Part shown: in pieces, positions 56,766 through 64,000 of the stretch
Layout of the letters: every line of letters starts with the position of its first letter
Position numbering within the stretch: position 1 is the first letter of the stretch
NCBI GenBank assembly: GCA_030141605.1
Contig: JAQGDQ010000042.1
Span: 806,001 to 870,000 of the forward strand
Direction of reading: 5' to 3'
Origin: Tubiluchus corallicola
Lineage: Eukaryota; Animalia; Priapulida
DNA: 64,000 nucleotides
The notes under the pieces: model-generated
What the model saw: only the letters and a program-made list of their open reading frames with translations
What the model was told of the DNA's origin: nothing
Database searches by the model: none
Translations under genes and position numbers: made by a program

Positions 56766-59700
56766 GGTATTTTTTACGTATAATATTTACTGCAGTGTTG
56801 GAATATAGGTACTTTATACGCTGCATTGCACGCTAAACTGATTCATTTTAGTGCTACTAAATAACATAATTCACAATATGATGTATAAAGCGCAATTATG
56901 GCGCTACTAACACTGTAGGTAACCAATTATTTTGGCAGGTCACTATTATGACAGGTCTGTGTTGAATATCCCGTGAAAGCATGGGAACTGTATTGTTGCT
57001 GTTCAAAGTCCAATGGCTTCTCATTGTAATAAAAATAGTACTACAGAGCAGCCAATTTTTCACTACCGATTGTTCCCCATTTAGTAGTTGTACACATTCA
57101 AATTTAAAGTAAGTGACTTAATAGCTGCGATTTTATTTTCAGATTTTGTACATATTTTAAATGTACAGCTAAAGCTACTCAAAGCTGTACAGATTTTAGA
57201 ATTGAGCGTTTTTATAAGGGATACTGTAGAAAGCTGTTTTCGTTTCATGACAAGATAATGGTGATTACTGAACACATCGGCATAAAATATAACAATCAAA
57301 AATTCGCTTTTATAAGCGTCGGACCGGCGGACTTGGTCGGATTGTATCGATGAGTGATACGTCAGGAAATGACATGCTAGCGAATAGTAGCACTTTTTGT
57401 ATTTACTACTGAAAGTTATTCAAAATTTATTAAAATGTTTCCCTTATTGATGATCATCGTTGCTTGAGTCATTGACAGTGGGAGAATACGTAACCCATAG
57501 CTTAAACTACTTGGCCAACGCTTCTTAATCAATTGCTTTTAATTACTTCACTTATATTTCATGCAAGTCAGAACTGCGTTTCTTTATACAATTTCCGCCT
57601 AACTTTAAGAATTTCACGGTGTAGGAAAAATTTATGTTTCTGATGAGCGGAATTCATAGTGAACTTGCAACTTTAGCTTGAAATTATATTACAGACAGTT
57701 TTGAAAAAAAGGAAAATAAAAGCTTAATCACAGAAAATCAAATTTAACTTATAGCGCATTATTGTAGTTATATTATATTTTACTGTTTCAGTGTGATGAT
57801 TATACCCAAGTGTTGGGTTTTGTGTAACGTGCGGTTCTCTATGTACGTGTTGCATTGCATGTTGTATTGTTCATGAATAAATTTATATTATCTTTATGTT
57901 ATTAAGTTCCATTTCTCATTTGCGTATTGTATCGGCGAAAGTAAAAAAGCAGTCGTTTAAAAGCTACAGTATTTGTATATTTGTATACTACGTGGTGCCA
58001 TTTTGTGCAGAAGTTTTTACTTGTACGTTTATAACGATATGAAGTTAAAAAGTTATTTTCGTTGTCCTGTGATTGTAGTTTTTGACTGTAGAATTTTACT
58101 CAATAACGGGTGAACAAGCGAGGAACTACACAGTAATACTTTCTGTTATTTAAAGATGCAGCCAACAAGACGGGCTATTAAATCGGCATAACGCTTAATC
58201 CAAGCTTCTTTATTTAATACTATAGCCTTAACTTCTCAAGATATTACAGTAATAAATATGATTAGACTTGATGTATACATTCATTGACAACTAGATTAGT
58301 ATTGTTGGTACAAATACACAATTAATTGATTTTTGAGGCCAAACATTGGAAACAGGATATCTGTAAACGCATATCACAGCTTGGATTTGAACCAGGGACT
58401 ATTGTTTGCAAGGCGTGGCCTAGGCCACTAGATTAACATGTTTCTTAGAGACCAAAATTCATCACTTATAGCTGGCCAACAAAATTTGGCGTTTCTAATG
58501 TTAGATCGTTCACGCTAGAGTGATTCTAACTAATTAGATTAATTAAATTTCGCTTAATTTTGGGCCTGAAATTTCCGTCGGTAACTAATTAATTATTTAT
58601 AACATTAATATTAAGATTAAAATTGGTCATTAATGAGAATCTTGATATTAAGATTATAAATAATTAATTAGATTAGTCATCTTCTAATATTCACATTTTT
58701 TTATTTCTCGGTATGATCTTCCTCATATTTTTAGTACGTTTGTACATTTTATGCATGTATTTTTCTTATATCGTGTATGAACTTTATGTATCATATATAC
58801 AGGTATGTAATACGTGAGTTTATATATGTAGATATACGTGCGTGCGTTCTACGGAACAGGATAATGTACTTACGCTAACTAACTTACGCTATGACTGACA
58901 GGTGTTTAAAACATTGCCTTTAGGTTGACACGTGTCAAGCATTATAGCCTGCACGCGTCGACAACTATTCTCAAATTAAAATCGTCACCTGTTTATTAGT
59001 GATTTGTTGTTTTTAACATAGATTATCAACGTACAGCTGTCAAACGCAACAGACTGTTGGAAAATGAGTGTTTTTTTACACACAATTCGTGGTTTTACTT
59101 TTTACATTTGTCTCGTAATTTTGCATGCTACTGTTTCAGCGCATAGCGAGTTAATGTTCTTCGTATAGCGGACTTTATTATTATTTTATTTTATTTTAGA
59201 TTTAAATAAATACACAAAGTACTATATAAAACAGATACGAGCTGCAGAATAAAAACTGTATACACAAGATAAAAAACTGTACAGGAGGAGCACAGGTTAG
59301 TTTAAATAATAAATGAAGCGGTTAGTAATGAGTTCCAATATTGAAAGTACAGTGACTTATGTCGAATATCTGTATAAGATATTAAGATCATATTACTAGA
59401 TAAAATCATATTACTGCTATTTAAAATTCTATTTATTGGGAAATTTAAAATTAGAAAAATTTTAACTTACCGGTAACTTAAAAAATTTAACTTAGGAAAT
59501 TTCTATTTTACTTATACTTGATTTCAGTTGTTATCAAGTTCAGTTATTGACAGAAGTACCACATAGAAGCTTATTATAGTCATTTTGGTAACGATTTAAT
59601 GATTTGCCTTTTTAAGTTTTTATAGTGCTGTAAAATCTACCAGTTACCTCCATTATCTATTTTTCTAGAAGACAAAAAATTCTTGTTTAGTCAGAAAAGG

Positions 59701-61549
59701 TAGCTTTTATTTCAAGTGCTATGTGGCTCTTGTGGAATAAAAGTTGTTTGCAATGTACGGCAGTTTCGTTTTCCTGGGATAGATGGAGCTGTAGTAAAGA
59801 ATGTAGTGTGACTTCACTAGTCATATGTGATGCTTTTGGTGTTATTCTAAAATGATGTTCAATATGAATTTTGTTAAGAGACAGTATCAGTAAAAGTGTA
59901 GAAACAAATTTCAAGAACCCAATATTAAGCTTACATAATAATGATAGTAATAATTTATTCATTGTAATACACACAATAATATTAATTTATGGAATTAAGT
60001 TTAAGTTGAAGAGCATGCTAATATGACAACTGTGGCCGTGCCAATTAAGTCAACGTTCAGGTCAAAAATTCAAAAGTATAATCTGATACGCACACCATAA
60101 TCTACAGTGGACGGTAATCAGTCTAAGTACAGATGGCCTACACAGTTTGAAGTTAAATTTTTAGGACTTAGTTCGCAAAATTGACAGAAAAAGTATAACT
60201 TGCGTTTCTCGAAAGTGTTACTGGAAAATGACTTCTTGAAATGGTGATGTTTATTCCAGAATAATTAATTTAATTATATGCATAAAAGTTTTGAAATCAC
60301 ATTGTTTATATATGATGGAAATCCAACTGCTAACTTCTAGTTTTAGCCCATTTGTTCTGTCATTTTTCAAACACATTAGTTAATACAATTATAGAGTATC
60401 TAAGTTTTATCTAAGTTATCAGCAGAGAGATAAGGTTATGTACATTATTTATTTACAACTTATTTATAAGTTACATATACTGTATGTAAGGCGGATTTGA
60501 GCCTTAACATATAGGAATCTCGCTGAAATACAGCTTAGACTTTTCGTCCTAGTAATTATTATACAAACTAAAGCAAATGACTTTCATAATCGTGCAGTTT
60601 CAATGCGTTTGCATTCCCTACAGCTTAGCTGAGTATTTTTATTTGGACATATTAAAATAATCATTATCAACATACGAATAATTATAATAACAGCTCACCA
60701 CGAACATAACGTTTAACAATACGAATAGTGTGAGTCAGTTAAATGGTATTTTTGAGTTAATAATTAAAAAAGCGAATTATGGGGTACATGAACGACAAAA
60801 ATTCAGAAAAAATATTAAAATTAACACTAATAAAGGAAAGGTCCAACGTAACAATTAAAATTTTTTTCGTTAAATATTACTCAATGCATTTTCCATAAAA
60901 CAGTTTAACAGTACATCTACCCATTCAATATTAAGTTACTATACACAAACGAAAGAAAAACACATTAATAACGCGTACAACACTTGCGTCACACTATAAT
61001 AATTATTAAGCGACCTCCTATTTAGAAATTTCAGTTTGTAATTTATGAAGTGGTAACCTGTACGAGCTACAAAGCTTCAAACATTTAATATTTCTGCACT
61101 TTTTCGCACGATGACATTTCATTAAGTTTTTTTTAAATTCTTCGTTTATATCAGTGCGTGAACACATTGAATTTTTGTAAACATTAAAAACGAAATTTGT
61201 TATCTTTGTTATCTTAAAAATATAGTCTTAGCAAGGCATATCAAATCTTTGAATTAGGAACATTTGATGGAACTGGGGTTAAAATTTTGTTCTCTATATT
61301 GTTTTTAAATTGAAAAGAAACTTTCCACAGTTTAAGCATGTGATCATAGTTCGTGAAACTCAAGAATTTGTACTACGTTTTCTTATCCTGCTAGAATTCC
61401 CAAGAGCTGTAGAGACTAAAACTTGAACATAACTTCTTCTGAAAGTTGTGTTTTTTATGAACGCCAAAATGAAATGTAGTCAAGTCGATTCTTCAAATGA
61501 TGATGATGATACCATTATTTTGGTGACTCGTGCTAGAAATGACGTTATC

Positions 61550-61805
61550 ATCATTACTGAAATGGGAAAAAATACCTATAACGTGACGTCATATCAAAAT
61601 GGCTGGTCTCTACTTGTCCAGTGTCGAGATCCATTTTTATCTAAAATTTGTACGCTCGGTTACATACTGGAAACCCGTTGCTAAAGCAAGTATACAACTG
61701 ACGTCACTAGTGTTATTATAGTCAATAATGATGACGTCAATACTGTGACGTTAGAGCATGGTGAGATCCCTGAATAAATGAAACTCCCAGTTGACGTCAC
61801 TGGTG
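61550..61805 (-). repeat. Two decayed tandem copies of the Pax6 terminal exon
   Basis: In-frame translations GVSFIQGSHHALTSQY* and ...GQVETSHFDMTSRYRYFFPFQ* align to GVS...[16 protein letters not shown]. Confidence 0.7.
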
Positions 61806-63787
61806 TCACTGCAGCCGAGGATGATGCCAATATTGTGACGTCAGATCATGATGGGTGGCGCCAGGTACTTGCACTGGTACTGAAACCCCTGGAGAAATCA
61901 AACCTAGAGATGACGAGATAAACAATTACTAATTAAACTGTATCACAAATTTACACTGCGTTTCTGAATCCTATTGCTTTCACTCAAAATCTCAAATTTA
62001 GTTATTTTTTAAAATGAGAAATTTTACGGAATGAATACCTTTTATTCTATCACCGCCATTTTTATTTTGCAAAGCTCATTGAGAAATGAAGCAAAAAATA
62101 TATGCAAAATCATTTCTCGTATTCTTTTTCGTATTTGCATCAGTTGTAAAAAACACAGGCTGAACTTTACTATTTCCCAAACAAAAGAAATTATTTCGTG
62201 AAACGGTTTAGGGTTAGGGTTAGTGTTGGTGTTAGTGTTGGGGTATTTGAATTGTGCGGGGAATTAACGTCTAACTTAATGTCAGTCATTTTCGTTGATT
62301 GCCCAATCAGCGTGCAAGTTATTTTGCACCCCTGCAGAGCTTAATTAACGCAGGTCGGGACGTTTATCTACAGTTGCGTCTAATACTGTTGTGAAAAATC
62401 TCAACTTTTCATTAGTTAGCGGGAGAAATGTTGGTTCTAGATTTTATTATTGTCAATTGAAATTGCAAGTGAAATAGTGGAAATATATAGTTTAGTTTCG
62501 TTTATAGGAAAAAATGCACAACGCTTACGTCTATGACTTGCTGATTAAACCGTTTTGCAATCAAGAAAATACGCAGTTTAGTTTAGTCTATGGCTTTGCA
62601 AGTTAGACAAAAACAACTATTTGATTAGCTTTAAATAAGGACAAAATAAAATGTTTTCTTTTTTGACCAGTTTTTATGAACCTTAATGAGATCTTCACAG
62701 TCAAAATTAATTCTAATGTGGTTAAAACTTATATTATACATCAATGTAATATTAATTAATTTTACGTTATTTTTCTGGCTATAATCATGGTTAAAAGATG
62801 CCATGTGACTTATGTGACTCGGGTGTTCAATATAAGGGTCGTCTATGAATAGAACAATCACATTTATTCCATTTCTGTAGCCCGACAAACGAAAAAATAC
62901 AAAAACTAAATAAATCTTGCAGAGAACACGTGATCAGTTAATACAGAAAAATGCATCGCAGGCATGATGTTCGTATGTTTTAAAGGCAAGAGAGACTAAC
63001 TATTTTTGTTGCTCATTTATTGTTAAGCAAGGCAAACTGGCTTAGTTGCTTTATTATACTTATGTCTCTGTATTTTGTAGTCCTTTGAAACTTCGTTTCT
63101 ACATTCTGATTAAATTGAAAAGTCATTTTTTGACTACTTGAAATGTTAATTTCGTGTAAAAATAGCTGCTGCTCTGCAAATTTGTGTTTATAAAAAAGTA
63201 CAACCAGTTTAGTTGCTGATTGGACATTAGCTGTGACTGTCATGATGTTTAGTTTAGTTTAGTTTAACTTAGACAGTTGTTGTCGTTCGTGAGCTGTTGT
63301 CTTGAATGCTGCTGAGCGTGCTACGTTACAGCGGGGGCGGAGCGATAGACCAATATGTTTGACGTTAATTGTAAACTCCTTCCAAAGTCTCTCCTAAATA
63401 TATGGGGTTTATCCAGTAAAACGTTTACAGTGTAAAGTAATCTTTTTGTCTTAATTTTCATATTAATAATAGATTTACTTTATACTTTTCCAATGCTAGT
63501 TACTAATATCAACAAATGAAAATACTAACCAACCTGTGGAACCGTTGCTGCTTGGAATATGGTGCGAATGAGCCGCCATACCAGACTGATGCATAACACT
63601 CGCTGATGCTGGATTGCAGCTGGCACCCCGTGAATAGTTTCCTATACTGAGGGGGTCATAATTTCGTGGGGGACCGGGTATCATGCACGAGTAGGAGGTT
63701 GAATCACGTTGTTGCAGGCATGCGGGATTTGCTGCTAAGCCATTGCTCATTGACATGGGAGAAAATGTGGGTACTTGTGGCACAGCG
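61806..63787 (-). CDS. Pax6: Pax6 (eyeless/toy-like), last two coding exons (PST transactivation domain); gene continues beyond the window
   Basis: Exon 63787-63534 (...PACLQQRDSTSYSCM...YDPLSIGNYSRGASCNP...SSNGST) splices in phase 1 to 61903-61806, [32 protein letters not shown]. This is the diagnostic Pax6 C-terminus (vertebrate [28 protein letters not shown]). Confidence 0.93.
62164..62270. mobile_element. MITE with (TTAGGG)-like tract, second copy of the 16897 family
   Basis: tttagggttagggttagtgttg...gggtatttgaattgtgcggggaatt is the reverse-complement homologue of 16897-16980. Confidence 0.7.
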
Positions 63788-63911
63788 CTGTAAAAACACA
63801 AACATTATGAATAAGTATTCGTTCATTTGTTCATTCGATCATTCTTATACTCACTGGTTTATTCATTTCGTCACTTATGAAAATACGTACTCATTTCAGT
63901 TTTTATTTTTG

Positions 63912-64000
63912 TTCATTCATTCATTCATTCATTCATTCATTCATTCATTCATTCATTCATTCATTCATTCATTCATTCATTCATTCATTCATTCATTCAT
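63912..64000. repeat. (TTCA)n tetranucleotide microsatellite in a Pax6 intron
   Basis: Directly visible; runs off the window end. Confidence 0.95.

Noticed and set aside
57791-57860. C/D snoRNA candidate (GTGATGA C box)
   Set aside because: No suitably placed CTGA D box or terminal stem.
61700-61808. Selenocysteine recoding of in-frame TGA codons after Pax6
   Set aside because: No SECIS recognised; the stops are explained by decay of TGG/CGG/CAG codons in duplicated copies, and TAA/TAG follow.

Overview
AT-rich, intron-containing animal (invertebrate, probably protostome from the Pax6 C-terminus style) genomic DNA. I assembled exons by hand from splice sites and reading frame. Five recognisable genes: (1) a 20-exon NCLX/SLC8B1-like cation/Ca2+ exchanger on + (5151-23492, ~854 aa) whose central loop is expanded by six symmetric phase-1 exons; (2) a 9-exon matrix metalloproteinase on + (25557-31120, ~376 aa) with no hemopexin domain, ending in a Ser/Thr linker and a 41-aa Arg/aromatic two-Cys peptide; (3) an 11-exon SLC2/GLUT-family transporter on - (50191-40565, ~553 aa) with a remodelled sugar pocket; (4) a 5-exon Mos-type kinase on - (56765-52548, ~570 aa) with a long N-terminal extension; (5) the last two coding exons of Pax6 on -, followed by two decayed in-frame copies of the terminal exon. 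There are also two weaker orphan gene candidates, a decayed CR1/L2-type LINE, several MITE/SINE-like repeats, and large microsatellites, including two inverted (TAC)n arrays sharing an identical ~90-bp core. Most long low-complexity ORFs in the supplied track are microsatellite artefacts. Best candidates for new biology: the MMP-cationic peptide fusion, the modular phospho/His loop of the exchanger, the divergent SLC2 pocket and the Pax6 terminal triplication. No database searches were run, so novelty is unverified.
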